Shown here: positions 7,789 to 18,700 of the stretch, one piece after another
How positions within the stretch are numbered: the first letter of the stretch is position 1
How the letters are laid out: each line of letters opens with the position of its first letter
IMG/VR virus record: IMGVR_UViG_3300032084_001540
Coordinates: 419-64,418 of that record
From: a virus
Taxonomy: Duplodnaviria; Caudoviricetes
Length of the DNA: 64,000 nucleotides
Strand: one strand, 5' to 3'
Program-made: the position numbers and the translations under genes
Notes under the pieces: model-generated
The model's database searches: none
The model's input: only the letters and a program-made list of their open reading frames with translations
Told to the model about the DNA's origin: nothing

Positions 7789-10560
7789 TTAAATATTTAG
7801 TTCGGACCTGAGGTAAGCAACCTCAGTTTCCAATACTTTAACTTTACCAGCAAGATCCTGGAGTGCTCTCAACATTGGTGCTGTCAGTTTCTTATAGTGA
7901 ACAGTAACAAGTTCTTGTCCACCATCAGGAGTTGGATCATAGTCACAGAGTTCAACGTTGATTGGTTCAACTTCCTCTGCAATCAGACCATATTCAAGTT
8001 CAGTTTCTGCCTCTTCAGTCCACTCACCAGTTTCATCATTTTGAATTCTGTAGTTATATTCAACAGGGTTTAAATCATAGATCCAATCAATACTCTCAGA
8101 TGTTAATCCAACAATATTTTTCTTAGTTTTCCGAGCAGAACTATTATAACCAAAACGACCGTTAGATCTTACGAACAAGTCTCTTCTGGTGGATCCCAGA
8201 GCTTCAGAATATGACCTAGCATTGATAATTGCACCGTTGCTGTTTAACTGGAAACGAGTGGTAGCACCATTGCAACGCAGAGACATTGTAGTTCCAGGAG
8301 ATTGAATAATCCCAACTCCAGTAATCTGCAAGTCATCATTACCAGCAGAGTCTTGGAACGTTGTGCTAGTGGTTCCAGATTTTAAAATTCCAGAACCATT
8401 GATTGTCAAGTCAACGTTACCAGCACTGTCCTCGAATTGAAATGTTCCCCCACCTGATCGCAGAGTTCCAGTGGTTCCAGTAATCCTCATTCTGGTCGTA
8501 TTATTAGTCTTAAACAGAATATGTGATTCTGACTGATCAAGTAAAATTTCTTCACCCCCATCATTACTTGTGAGTGTAAGATCATCTGTTGACCCAGCAA
8601 TAGTTCCAAAAGATACACTTCCACTAAATGTTGAAACACCAGCGATAGTCATTCCATGATCAACAACCAAACTTCCACTAGTTCTTGCTCCATCAGCAGT
8701 GGTAGCAAACATATTAACATTGTTATAATATAAGTTTGTTGATCCACCGTCTTGTGAAAAGATGTGAAATTTATTATTATATCCCATCATCATGTCACCC
8801 GTGCTAAGGGTAATGTTAGACCCTGTTACATCCGTAGGTGGATTGGCAGCAGTATCCATATCACTACCAATCAAAATACTCCTGTCTAAGGAGTTTGGTA
8901 GTTCTAAATTATGTCCAATAACAACATTACCATTAGTAGAATTGTCTGTTACATTTTCATTGATTTCAGATCCGATGATAACATTATCAGTTCCTCCATT
9001 TGTATTGCACATCGCACGACTGCCAATAATGACAGAATTTGTGCTCGATGTTGGTGCTCCAAGAGCATATCCAATTCTAACATTGTTAGCAGCACCACTT
9101 GCTCCAGCAGCAGTACATCCAAGTGAAATAAGTCTAGAGGAAGTGCCGCTCTTATCACCAGGACCAGCGTTAATCAGAATGGGTGCGTATCCATCGGTGT
9201 TAGCATTATCCACGCACATGCTAACACCAAGTCCTAATACTACGGATTCATTAGTGGTTGGTGCGGGATTATCACCAAGAGTTACACCAATACCAATCTG
9301 TCCGTCTGGACCAAGAACAACTCTTTGCTTGTTAGTAGATGCGCCTGGAGATCCGCTGCTGGTACTACCTGTATAGAAGTTAATTGCTCCATCAGTGCTA
9401 TGAGTGACAATTTCTAAGTTATTTCCCCCCTGACCAGTTCCATCATAACCATATCCAATGAATGGCATATTTGTCTCGCCATTACGATGATCTTCAGATA
9501 TAGGTCTGAAGGCAATACCACCAGCAACTCTAACTCTGGCATCATTCATCTCATGCCTTGAATTATAATCAATAAACGTACCAAATCCAGTGATTCCAAG
9601 ACCATCATCTGGTCGAGCAGATGCACTCGTATCAACTTTTGCGCTGATATGTACTCTTTCTGAGTTCAGATTGTCACCAAGGATGATACTGGACTGGAAT
9701 CCACATTGTCCAGTGAGATTATCACCCTGAGATCCTACCTTGACCTTAAAGTTTCCTGATGTTTGTTCGTCCTGAAATTCAATCTCACAGCGTTCTTCAT
9801 CTCCGTCCTCATTACGGAATCGGGCAAGAATTTTTACATTATCCGATCTTACATGAAATAATGTTTGTGGTGCTAGAGTTCCAATACCAGTATTTCCACT
9901 TTGATCAATAACAAATGGAGAGTAATCTGGATTTAATTCGTCAGAAACTCTAAAACTATTTCTTGATTGGGTATTAACAATTTCTAATGCAGCTCCAGGA
10001 ACACTGGTTCCGATACCTACGCTTGCATCAGCACCATCAACTGTAACACCTGTATTTTGTTCACCAACAGTTAGTACACCAACAATTCTGGTGTTTCCAT
10101 CACAGAAGATAGCAGCACTATCTTTACCCATGGTGACAGTGCCGATACCATTCTGAGTGCCAAATGTACTCAGACCAGTAATGCTAATGTTATCAAGAGC
10201 AGTAGCAGCAGCAGTCAAAAATCCAACAACACCAAGACTACCAGCAACATCTAAGTTTCCAGTTACTTTTAGTGTGCCTACTGTACCTGGATTAGAGACA
10301 TTAAATGCCTTGAATACTACAACTTCTACTTTATCATTTGTCTCGCACGGATCATCGAGAATGATGCTGCTGCTATCATTTGCAGTATAATCCTCACCTT
10401 CAAGTAACTTGATACCATTTAGGTAAACTTGAATAAATCCAACGTCATATTGACCAGTAACAACAAAAGTTTTCTGCCCTGATGTGGCAGTAAAAATCTG
10501 TCTACCAATAGTAGTGTTGGAGTCAGCAGGATTTCTGCCGATATATCCGTAATCAGCCAT
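7789..10560 (-). CDS. tail fibre protein with C-terminal intramolecular chaperone (Peptidase_S74-like)
   Basis: VGIGT repeats; C-terminal SSARKTKKNI...LNPVEYNY...YGLIAEEV...ALQDL and a coiled coil. Confidence 0.8.
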   Translation of the reverse strand: MADYGYIGRNPADSNTTIGRQIFTATSGQKTFVVTGQYDVGFIQVYLNGIKLLEGEDYTANDSSSIILDDPCETNDKVEVVVFKAFNVSNPGTVGTLKVTGNLDVAGSLGVVGFLTAAATALDNISITGLSTFGTQNGIGTVTMGKDSAAIFCDGNTRIVGVLTVGEQNTGVTVDGADASVGIGTSVPGAALEIVNTQSRNSFRVSDELNPDYSPFVIDQSGNTGIGTLAPQTLFHVRSDNVKILARFRNEDGDEERCEIEFQDEQTSGNFKVKVGSQGDNLTGQCGFQSSIILGDNLNSERVHISAKVDTSASARPDDGLGITGFGTFIDYNSRHEMNDARVRVAGGIAFRPISEDHRNGETNMPFIGYGYDGTGQGGNNLEIVTHSTDGAINFYTGSTSSGSPGASTNKQRVVLGPDGQIGIGVTLGDNPAPTTNESVVLGLGVSMCVDNANTDGYAPILINAGPGDKSGTSSRLISLGCTAAGASGAANNVRIGYALGAPTSSTNSVIIGSRAMCNTNGGTDNVIIGSEINENVTDNSTNGNVVIGHNLELPNSLDRSILIGSDMDTAANPPTDVTGSNITLSTGDMMMGYNNKFHIFSQDGGSTNLYYNNVNMFATTADGARTSGSLVVDHGMTIAGVSTFSGSVSFGTIAGSTDDLTLTSNDGGEEILLDQSESHILFKTNNTTRMRITGTTGTLRSGGGTFQFEDSAGNVDLTINGSGILKSGTTSTTFQDSAGNDDLQITGVGIIQSPGTTMSLRCNGATTRFQLNSNGAIINARSYSEALGSTRRDLFVRSNGRFGYNSSARKTKKNIVGLTSESIDWIYDLNPVEYNYRIQNDETGEWTEEAETELEYGLIAEEVEPINVELCDYDPTPDGGQELVTVHYKKLTAPMLRALQDLAGKVKVLETEVAYLRSELNI

Positions 10561-11090
10561 CAGTTAACACCTGTAAGGAAACTAAAGTTTACGTCGAGAG
10601 AATTGTTGGTGCTAGAAAATACTCGAACAGTGTCTCCAGCTCCAAGAACAGTTTTACCAGCATCAGAAATGACAACAGATGAACCAGTTGGAACTGGAAT
10701 ATCTGCTAACAGCATTACATCAACATTATCAGAGGTTGAAACAACAACTGTTGCACCAATTTGACTACTAGTAAGATTAGAAAGAGTGCCACCAATGATG
10801 ATATTTTTTTCTGATGCAGTTAGAATATCGGATGGTCTACTAAAATCTATTTGTTGTCCAGCAGCAAAAGAAGAATTCACTGATGATTCAGACATAACAA
10901 CGCTGCCTGCACCAACCGATGTAACTTTTGCTCCAATGCGAAAATTACTGTTAAGAACATAATCTCCAATAGAAACACCAGCAGTACTGATTCCACTAAT
11001 AGTTGTTGTTGTGGTAGAGATAACTCCTGAGGAGTTGGCAGTGACGATACCAACAGATCGTTTAACTGCCTTACTAAAACTTTCAGCCAT
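10560..11090 (-). CDS. virion structural protein (fibre-associated)
   Basis: S/T/V-rich 176-aa ORF between fibre genes. Confidence 0.65.
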   Translation of the reverse strand: MAESFSKAVKRSVGIVTANSSGVISTTTTTISGISTAGVSIGDYVLNSNFRIGAKVTSVGAGSVVMSESSVNSSFAAGQQIDFSRPSDILTASEKNIIIGGTLSNLTSSQIGATVVVSTSDNVDVMLLADIPVPTGSSVVISDAGKTVLGAGDTVRVFSSTNNSLDVNFSFLTGVN

Positions 11091-11110
11091 TGTTCCTTAA
11101 AACCTCCTAG

Positions 11111-11117
11111 TATTTAT
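11111..11117 (-). promoter_or_regulatory. T4-like late promoter (ATAAATA)
   Basis: ATAAATA followed by AGGAGG upstream of 11090. Confidence 0.7.
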
Positions 11118-14100
11118 TAACCGCCCAAGGCGATTACGAGACCGACTGTTGGCACAGATGATCCATTTAATGTCAAAACACCTTCAATATCGGTATCACC
11201 AATAACTTGAAGTGTCTTACCTGGATCGGTGGTGCCTACACCGACCATAACCGTTGAACCGAGCGAGATAACAGTGAAGGAGCTAAGAGCAGCACCAACC
11301 TGTAATGTATTGAGTGGATTTGTGGTTGCAATACCAACACTCCTGAGGGTATTAATACCAGCAGCAGTGCTACTCCAACGAGCACTGGTATGAACAGAAG
11401 TTTCAATACCAGTCAAGGATTGACCTTCACCTCGATATGAGGCAGCAGTTACAATACCCTGAACATTTACTTGTCCTTCATTAAAGAAGACGAAAGAAGA
11501 AACACCAACAGTAGCAATACCAGTGATGCTTAGGTGTGTGGCAACACCAACACCGTGCATTGTGAAACCCTCAGGAGTAGTTTCAGCAAGAATTGCACCA
11601 GCATAGTAAAGTTCAACACCACCACCTTCAACTGCTTTTAGGAGAGTATCTCCGTTAGAGTTACCAATAAACGATGCTGGTGAACCATGAATATTGATAG
11701 CACCAGTACCAACGTCCTTGATATATGAGTCACTACCATCATGATAGATGAGCAAGTCACCAGCATCACCAAAGTTTAGTACAGCACCATCAGCGAAGAA
11801 TACGCTAGAGGTGAATCCAACCGTGCTACCAAAACCAACGTTGAAGAATGTGGAGAATCCAGTGGAATGTATGTCAGTGAAGATGCCAGAGTTAGCACGG
11901 AACTGATTATGAACAGTACCGAACCCAGTTACATCCAGATTCTTAGTAGATGTAATACCAAGAATATCAATATCACTTTGAAGTGTTACATGTTCTTGAA
12001 CATTGACAGTTGAGTTAATATCAACTGCACCCCCATAAGTGGAGACACCGACAACATTAAAACTTCCAACACTTAAGTTGCCACTGACATCAGCACTAGC
12101 ATCAACATCAACAGTATTATTAAACGTTGATACACCTACAACATTTAGATCATCTAACTCAGTGTGCCCATCTACATCAATTGATGCATTGATATCAATA
12201 TCAGAAGCGAATGTAGAAATACCAGTGACATTGAGTGTCTCACTAATATTAGTGATATCAAGTTCAGTTATACCATCAACATCTAATCCAGCATTAAGAT
12301 CTACATCAGAAGCAAATGTGGCAATACCAGTAACATTAAGTGTCTCGCTAATATTTGTAATGTCAAGTTCAGTTATGCCATCAACATCTATCGATGCATT
12401 GATATCAATATCAGAACCAAATGTAGATATTCCAGATACGTTAAGTGTCTCACTGATATTAGTAATATCTAACTCAGTACGACCATCAACATCTATTGAC
12501 GCATTGATATCAATATCAGAACCAAATGTAGATATTCCAGATACGTTAAGTGTTTCTGCAATATTGGTGATATCTAATTCAGTTCTTCCATCAACATCTA
12601 AGTCAGCATTAAGATCTACATTAGAAGCAAATGTAGCAATACCAGATACATTCAGATTGTCAAGTTCAGTATGACCATCAATATCTACATCGCCATCAGC
12701 ATCAATAGCACCTGAGAATGTTGATACACCTACAACCTCAAAGTTGCCAGTGGAGGTAATTCCCTGAACATTTAGGTTCTCATTAACTGTAGAGAATCCA
12801 GTGATTCTCAGTTCATTAATCGTACCAACTCCAGTGACACTCAGGTCAGTAGATAATGCACTTCTAGACCTAAGTTGATTGAATACTGTGGTAAAACCAG
12901 ATGCTTCAAAGTTATACGATGTTGTCTGACCAACAATATTCAGGTTTCCTGTAGATGTAATACCCTGAACGTTCAGGTTTTGCTGAACTGTTGTGAACCC
13001 AGTAACCCGAAGTTCTTGAATTGTACCTACGCCAGTGACACTCAGGTCAGTGGATAATGCACTTCTAGATCTAAATTGATTGAATACAGTGGCAAATCCA
13101 GAGGCAGCAAAGTTTCTGGTTGTAGTTTGTCCTACAACATTCAAATTGCCAACAGAGGTGATACCAAGGACATTCAGATTGTGACCAATGGTACTAAATC
13201 CAGTGATGTTAATATCCTGGAGAGTGACATCATCTAGAGTAATATCATCAGCAATGAGATCACCAGATACGACCAAATCACCTTCAATATATGCTACTGT
13301 AGTGCCCTCAGTTGACGCTGAGGCAACATGTAGAGAGTATTTTGGATCATTGGTATTGATACCAATGCTTCCAAGTCCTGTTACCCCATTAACCTCCGCT
13401 CTGAAAGCTGTTCCACTAACTCCAACATGGAATGTAGAACCAACAGTAGAGATTCCAGAAGTATATGTGTCTGTAAATACACCAGATCTGGAACGGAACT
13501 GATTATGAACCGTGCCAAAACCAGTTACATCTAGATTCTTAGTAGATGTGATTCCAAGAATATGAATATCATCTTGAACTGTCGTAAATCCAGTAACTCT
13601 AAGTTCTTGGATTGTACCGACACCAGAGACATACAAATCTGTAGAGATTGCACTTCTAGATCTAAACTGATTGAATACAGTACCAAAACCTGATGCTTCG
13701 ATATTGTATGAAGTTGTCTGACCTACAATATTAAGATTACCAGTAGAGGTAATGCCTTGAATATTAAGATTCTCTTGAACTGTGGTAAATCCAGTAACTC
13801 TAAGTTCTTGAATTGTACCAACACCAGTAACACTTAAGTCAGTGGAGATAGCACTTCTGGATCTAAACTGATTGAATACAGTACCAAAACCTGATGCTTC
13901 AATATTATAGGATGTTGTTTGTCCTACAACGTTTAAGTTGCCAGTAGAGGTGATGCCCTGGATGTTCAGATTCTCCTGAACTGTTGTGAATCCAGTGACC
14001 CTTAACTCTTGAATAGTGCCAACACCCGATACATATAGATCGGTAGAGATTGCACTCCTAGTCCTGAACTGATTGAATACAGTACCAAAACCCGAAGCTT

Positions 14101-15064
14101 CAAAGTTATATGATGTTGTTTGACCGACAACATTCAAATTACCTGTGGAGGTAATACCCTGGATATTCAGATTTTCTTGAACTGTGGTAAATCCAGTAAC
14201 TCTAAGTTCTTGGATTGTACCGACACCAGTTACACTTAGGTCGGTAGAGATTGCTGTGCGAGTGCGGAACTGATTGTGAACCGTACCAAAACCAGTTACA
14301 TCTAAATTTTTGGTAGATGTAATACCAATAACGTGAAGATGTGTCTGACCATCCTCATCAGAACCACCAGAACCAAGAGTTGTAAATCCAACAACTCTTA
14401 CATTTTGCATTGACGAAATGCCAATGACATGGAGATGTGTTTGACCTCCAAGACTTGCTGCGCCACCACCAACAGTGACAAATCCTACAATATTTGCATC
14501 CTGTGCATTTAAATCATCAAACTGGAGATCATCAACCTTCAGATCTCCATCAATGGTTACATCACCTTTAACATAAAGTGCTGTAACACCTGTGCCACTA
14601 GATCTAACATCTAACAGATATTCTGGTGAATCGGTATTAATACCAACAAAACCAGCAGTACTAGTGTGAAGTACAGTTCCACCAGCACCAACGTGGAGAT
14701 TATTGTCAACAATTGTTGTTATGCCAACAATCCTTACCTGATCTTCAAATGTGGAGATTCCAACGACCCTAAGTTCTTGGATCGAAGTAAAACCAACGAC
14801 ATTTTGAGACCAAACAGTACTGAATCCTGACTGTCCGTCAGAACCCAACACTTCCCATAGCGTTGCTTCACCATCAAGGATGGTGGCAATGCCAGTTACA
14901 TTTAGTGATGCGTTTGTAGCAGAATCAGCATTTAGTGATCCTGTTACATCGAATGTTGCTTCTGGAAGCGTACTTCCAATACCTACCTGTCCGTCTTGAG
15001 CAAAGATGAGGTTGGTTCCAACCTCTAATCCATTTTTAACGACGAAGTTCTTCTGGATTCCCAT
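11117..15064 (-). CDS. long repetitive tail fibre protein
   Basis: KNFVVKNGL N-terminus; many L-x-V-x-G-(I/V/F)-x-T repeats; CTAAATA at 15106-15112. Confidence 0.8.
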   Translation of the reverse strand: MGIQKNFVVKNGLEVGTNLIFAQDGQVGIGSTLPEATFDVTGSLNADSATNASLNVTGIATILDGEATLWEVLGSDGQSGFSTVWSQNVVGFTSIQELRVVGISTFEDQVRIVGITTIVDNNLHVGAGGTVLHTSTAGFVGINTDSPEYLLDVRSSGTGVTALYVKGDVTIDGDLKVDDLQFDDLNAQDANIVGFVTVGGGAASLGGQTHLHVIGISSMQNVRVVGFTTLGSGGSDEDGQTHLHVIGITSTKNLDVTGFGTVHNQFRTRTAISTDLSVTGVGTIQELRVTGFTTVQENLNIQGITSTGNLNVVGQTTSYNFEASGFGTVFNQFRTRSAISTDLYVSGVGTIQELRVTGFTTVQENLNIQGITSTGNLNVVGQTTSYNIEASGFGTVFNQFRSRSAISTDLSVTGVGTIQELRVTGFTTVQENLNIQGITSTGNLNIVGQTTSYNIEASGFGTVFNQFRSRSAISTDLYVSGVGTIQELRVTGFTTVQDDIHILGITSTKNLDVTGFGTVHNQFRSRSGVFTDTYTSGISTVGSTFHVGVSGTAFRAEVNGVTGLGSIGINTNDPKYSLHVASASTEGTTVAYIEGDLVVSGDLIADDITLDDVTLQDINITGFSTIGHNLNVLGITSVGNLNVVGQTTTRNFAASGFATVFNQFRSRSALSTDLSVTGVGTIQELRVTGFTTVQQNLNVQGITSTGNLNIVGQTTSYNFEASGFTTVFNQLRSRSALSTDLSVTGVGTINELRITGFSTVNENLNVQGITSTGNFEVVGVSTFSGAIDADGDVDIDGHTELDNLNVSGIATFASNVDLNADLDVDGRTELDITNIAETLNVSGISTFGSDIDINASIDVDGRTELDITNISETLNVSGISTFGSDIDINASIDVDGITELDITNISETLNVTGIATFASDVDLNAGLDVDGITELDITNISETLNVTGISTFASDIDINASIDVDGHTELDDLNVVGVSTFNNTVDVDASADVSGNLSVGSFNVVGVSTYGGAVDINSTVNVQEHVTLQSDIDILGITSTKNLDVTGFGTVHNQFRANSGIFTDIHSTGFSTFFNVGFGSTVGFTSSVFFADGAVLNFGDAGDLLIYHDGSDSYIKDVGTGAINIHGSPASFIGNSNGDTLLKAVEGGGVELYYAGAILAETTPEGFTMHGVGVATHLSITGIATVGVSSFVFFNEGQVNVQGIVTAASYRGEGQSLTGIETSVHTSARWSSTAAGINTLRSVGIATTNPLNTLQVGAALSSFTVISLGSTVMVGVGTTDPGKTLQVIGDTDIEGVLTLNGSSVPTVGLVIALGG
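12120..12725 (-). repeat. about 105-bp (35-aa) coding tandem repeat, about 5-6 copies
   Basis: Unit TF(A/G)SDIDINASIDVDGxTELDITNISETLNVxGIS; boundaries approximate. Confidence 0.85.
12780..14290 (-). repeat. 201-bp (67-aa) coding repeat in two blocks
   Basis: NQFR codons recur at 201-bp spacing (about 14270, 14069, 13868, 13667), with further copies near 13080 and 12880. Confidence 0.85.
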
Positions 15065-15108
15065 TGAGGTTCACTCTCCCCTCAAGACGCGAGTTGTTCT
15101 TTTATTAT

Positions 15109-15777
15109 TTAGTCAAATCCAAACTCGAACCACCCTGTAGCAATATATTTAGTGCCTGTTAGAGGCATTAATCCTCTATGAGTGTGTGTAAAGTCTGCTG
15201 GCCATATCAATGTCTGACCTTTTTTTGGATTTATTCTCTTACATTGATACTTGAATTCTGTTTCTCCACCCTCAAAATCATCATTGAGGTATGTCATAAA
15301 AGTTAGAACTCTTTCTTGAGTTCTTTTATTTGCCTGTTCAGTATGCCATGCATGAAATCCCTGACCAGCTCTAGTTTTTTGCAATTTGAGTCCAAAAGGA
15401 GCAATATCAAAATCCTCTAGGATACTAAAAACATTACTATATTTCTCCAAACATATTTTTAAAAAATTTATATATTTTACATTACAAACACTTAAGTAAG
15501 TCTCCGCAACATTAAATTGCTCTTCCGATCCTTTATCTGGGGGGTGAAATCCTTTCTGATGTAAATGAAACTGAGAGTCTTCAATTTTATGTGGAGAACA
15601 TGGTCTCTTCATACATAACCCAACATGCTCTGCAAAATCTACATTTTCGACCATAGTGTCCCAGATAGGATCTAATCCTTCTGGATCAAATTTTCCTATA
15701 AATCCATCATATGCATGATTAACTCGAACATGATCAATTGAATCATGTTCGGGTTGCCAATTAAAGTGTTCTTTCAT
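15109..15777 (-). CDS. 2OG-Fe(II) oxygenase (prolyl-4-hydroxylase-like)
   Basis: WHTE...YLND.FEGGET...HTHRG...KYIATGW. Confidence 0.85.
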   Translation of the reverse strand: MKEHFNWQPEHDSIDHVRVNHAYDGFIGKFDPEGLDPIWDTMVENVDFAEHVGLCMKRPCSPHKIEDSQFHLHQKGFHPPDKGSEEQFNVAETYLSVCNVKYINFLKICLEKYSNVFSILEDFDIAPFGLKLQKTRAGQGFHAWHTEQANKRTQERVLTFMTYLNDDFEGGETEFKYQCKRINPKKGQTLIWPADFTHTHRGLMPLTGTKYIATGWFEFGFD

Positions 15778-15785
15778 AAAATAAG

Positions 15786-18700
15786 TTATGCTTGAGATTC
15801 AGTCCAGTTTAGAGTACAGTAAACATAATCTGTACCAATAGTCCAGTCTTCAACGTCAATCTTTGCTACAACAGTAAGAATATCAGGTCCTTCGGGGAAT
15901 GTCAAGTTTCCACCAACAATAGAGTTTCCAAGGGGTGCAAGAGCTGTTAAGTCAGAAGTAACTCGGTTGGTGTCAAGGTTGATACCAAAGATCTTGTCTC
16001 CACCTTTAACAACATCAGAACCTGATGCGTTATGTAAGAGGAATTGTGAGATTGATGGGAGATCATTACCCGTAAAATCATCAAAAGAGTTTCCAAGTCT
16101 AGTATTAAGTCTCAAGTCAATAGAGCACTCTTTACTTGCCACCATATCAATTCTTTGGAGTTGCAGTTGCATTCGATTAATAATGTCTCTTTGACCGAAA
16201 AGACCAGCAACACCAGAGTCAACAGAAGGGGCAAGTCTAACAGAAAGAATCGGGAACTCAATACTCTCAAATGCAGAGAGTTTTCCACCAATATTTGCCG
16301 AGTTTGATAGTTCAATCGATGCTCTCTGGAAATGAGTGGCAGCACTACTAGTACCAGCACCTCTAGTACATCCATTCAACTTGTATTTTTTAAAGAAGGT
16401 TCCTGCCTGAGTCGTAAATGTTCCATCACTCGTGATGCTAGTAAATGTAACTAGCTCATCGCCAACATACAGGGTATATGTGCTGTCCACATTGTCAAAG
16501 TAATTAGGAGCCTGGTTAGTTCTGACATCAATCGTGGTCTCACTGTTAGTGAGATTCTCGCCAAGAGTGCCATAGAATGTGTTAATCACAGTAGCAGAAT
16601 CCTGCTCGCCAGTTGGGAAGATCTTTCTGGAGGTTTTGTTAAACAAATATGCCTGATCATCTTCAAATTGACCGTCCATGATTACAGATACACCCCAATG
16701 TGCGAGTCTAGGAGCATAGTTAGATGATGATGTATTCTCAACTTCATATCTACTAGGTAAGTTACCAGAACGGAAGTAAGCAATAACTTCCTTATTGTTG
16801 TGAATCATTCTATGTGCATATTTAACTTTGCCGTTTGTATCCTTGAATCCGAATCTAATAGTACCAGCACCATACCAAGAGTAATCGATATATGCCATCT
16901 GAATTCTTGATAGCTCCAGAACATAACCAGATGGACCACTTCCATCCATTCTATCAATATTCCATTCGGTTTGTGGAACTCTAAGTTCCTCAGTTTTAAT
17001 AGGAATAATACCACCAACAGATTCGCTTCTAAATTCTGGAGTTATTTCAATTTCAGAGTCAGAATTGATATTTTGAATTTTATATGTTGTTCCACGAAGA
17101 ACAATTTTATCACCAATAATAAGTTGCTCACTAAATCTAGTATCTGTTCCACTTATAATGTTAGAACCTTTTGTTCCTGAAACCTTACCAGACAACTTAA
17201 CGGTAGAATTTCTTCTCACAAAGAAAATTTGAGTGCCATCAAATTCAAAGTACATTCCATTTTGGAAGTCAAACATTCCTGATCTAAGAGCAGAACCAGT
17301 CCAATTAGGAACATAAGATCTGACAAGACCACTGGAAGTAAGTTGTGTGGCTTCTGAAGTTCCAAGACTAACCGCTAGAGTTCTTGGGTCATAAACTTCA
17401 ATGACTTTAAGTTCTTGATCACCACCATAAACATTAAATCCAGATGCTACAGTGGCACCGATAGTAACGATAGATGGCATCGCATAATCTGAGATAGAAG
17501 AAATACCATGTGGGAACTTATATTTTACAAGTCCTCTATAGAAACTACCAACACCAACACCACTCATGGATTCGGAAGAGATTCCAAATGCTTGGGTTCC
17601 AACTGTATGTGCCGATTCAGATGTACCGTTTTGTGCTCTAGCAGCAATAGTCAATCCAAGAGAGTTGATTCCAGAATAGTAGAATTCTTCACTATCAATC
17701 TTTACGATACCAGTAGTTCCAAATCCAACAGTGGAGTCGAGTGCTAACAGAGTCGTAGATCCAGAACCAGGAACTGCTTCAGCAATTGCTTGTCTTGGAT
17801 ATCCAATAAGATCAATATCAGTTGGTGGCTTGAAGTTAACAGCAAAACTGATTTGCAAACCTTTACCAGATTGATACCTAAAATACTTTCTGGTCTGACG
17901 GATCATCTGAGCACCCTTAAATGGTTGGTTGGTTGCGATTTCCATGCCACCGTCAAAAGGTCTATGTTGTGCATAACCTTCAGATCTAGGAACCAGTCGA
18001 GTTGGAATAAAGAAATTAGTTCCTGTCGAAAGACCAGAACTGATGTCGGCATCCATTGTTGCAATAGTATCTGAAGCAACAGCACTGATTTCTCTTTGAT
18101 ATCTTGTTCCAGCAGTAACTCCCGAAACAGTGAATTTATGATCATTAGCAACAGTAGACATATCTGTTGTTGCTACTTCTACTGTATCGCCAGTAGTACC
18201 AGTTCCTTGACCAGCAAGATGTTTTAATCCAAATGTGTTGTTTGTATATCTTAAAACTTCATAAGTCTTGCCATCAGTAAGTCCATTGATTGGGTTTCCA
18301 CCAGAGGCAACTTCATATAAAACTTGGTTTCCGCTAGAGAATCCATGATCATTAATTGATATAATATCTTTTCTACTGTCAATCAGCCATCTCCTCAGTC
18401 TTGTTTTGTAAGTCTTAACTGTAGAACTAGTTACATTAACAAAATCAGTCAATGCTGGATTGAATGACATACGGAATGATTGTCCATCACCAGAAACCGA
18501 GTGTAGATAATAAAGAGAAGTACTGATACCAGGCATGTTGGAGTGGGAGCTCCCAGTTGTAAATCTGTTATTTGCATCTCTATATCTTTTTCCTGTATAA
18601 TCAAAGTTTTCTTGAGCCTGAGAGCCAGTGCTAAATCCTCTGTAGTCGATAATTTCTCCAATAACCCATGGTCCTCCATTTGCAGTAGTCGGTTCAGCAG

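Noticed and set aside
12120-14290. Regular repeats considered as a CRISPR array or DGR template
   Set aside because: They are in-frame coding repeats without unique spacers, and there is no reverse transcriptase in the window
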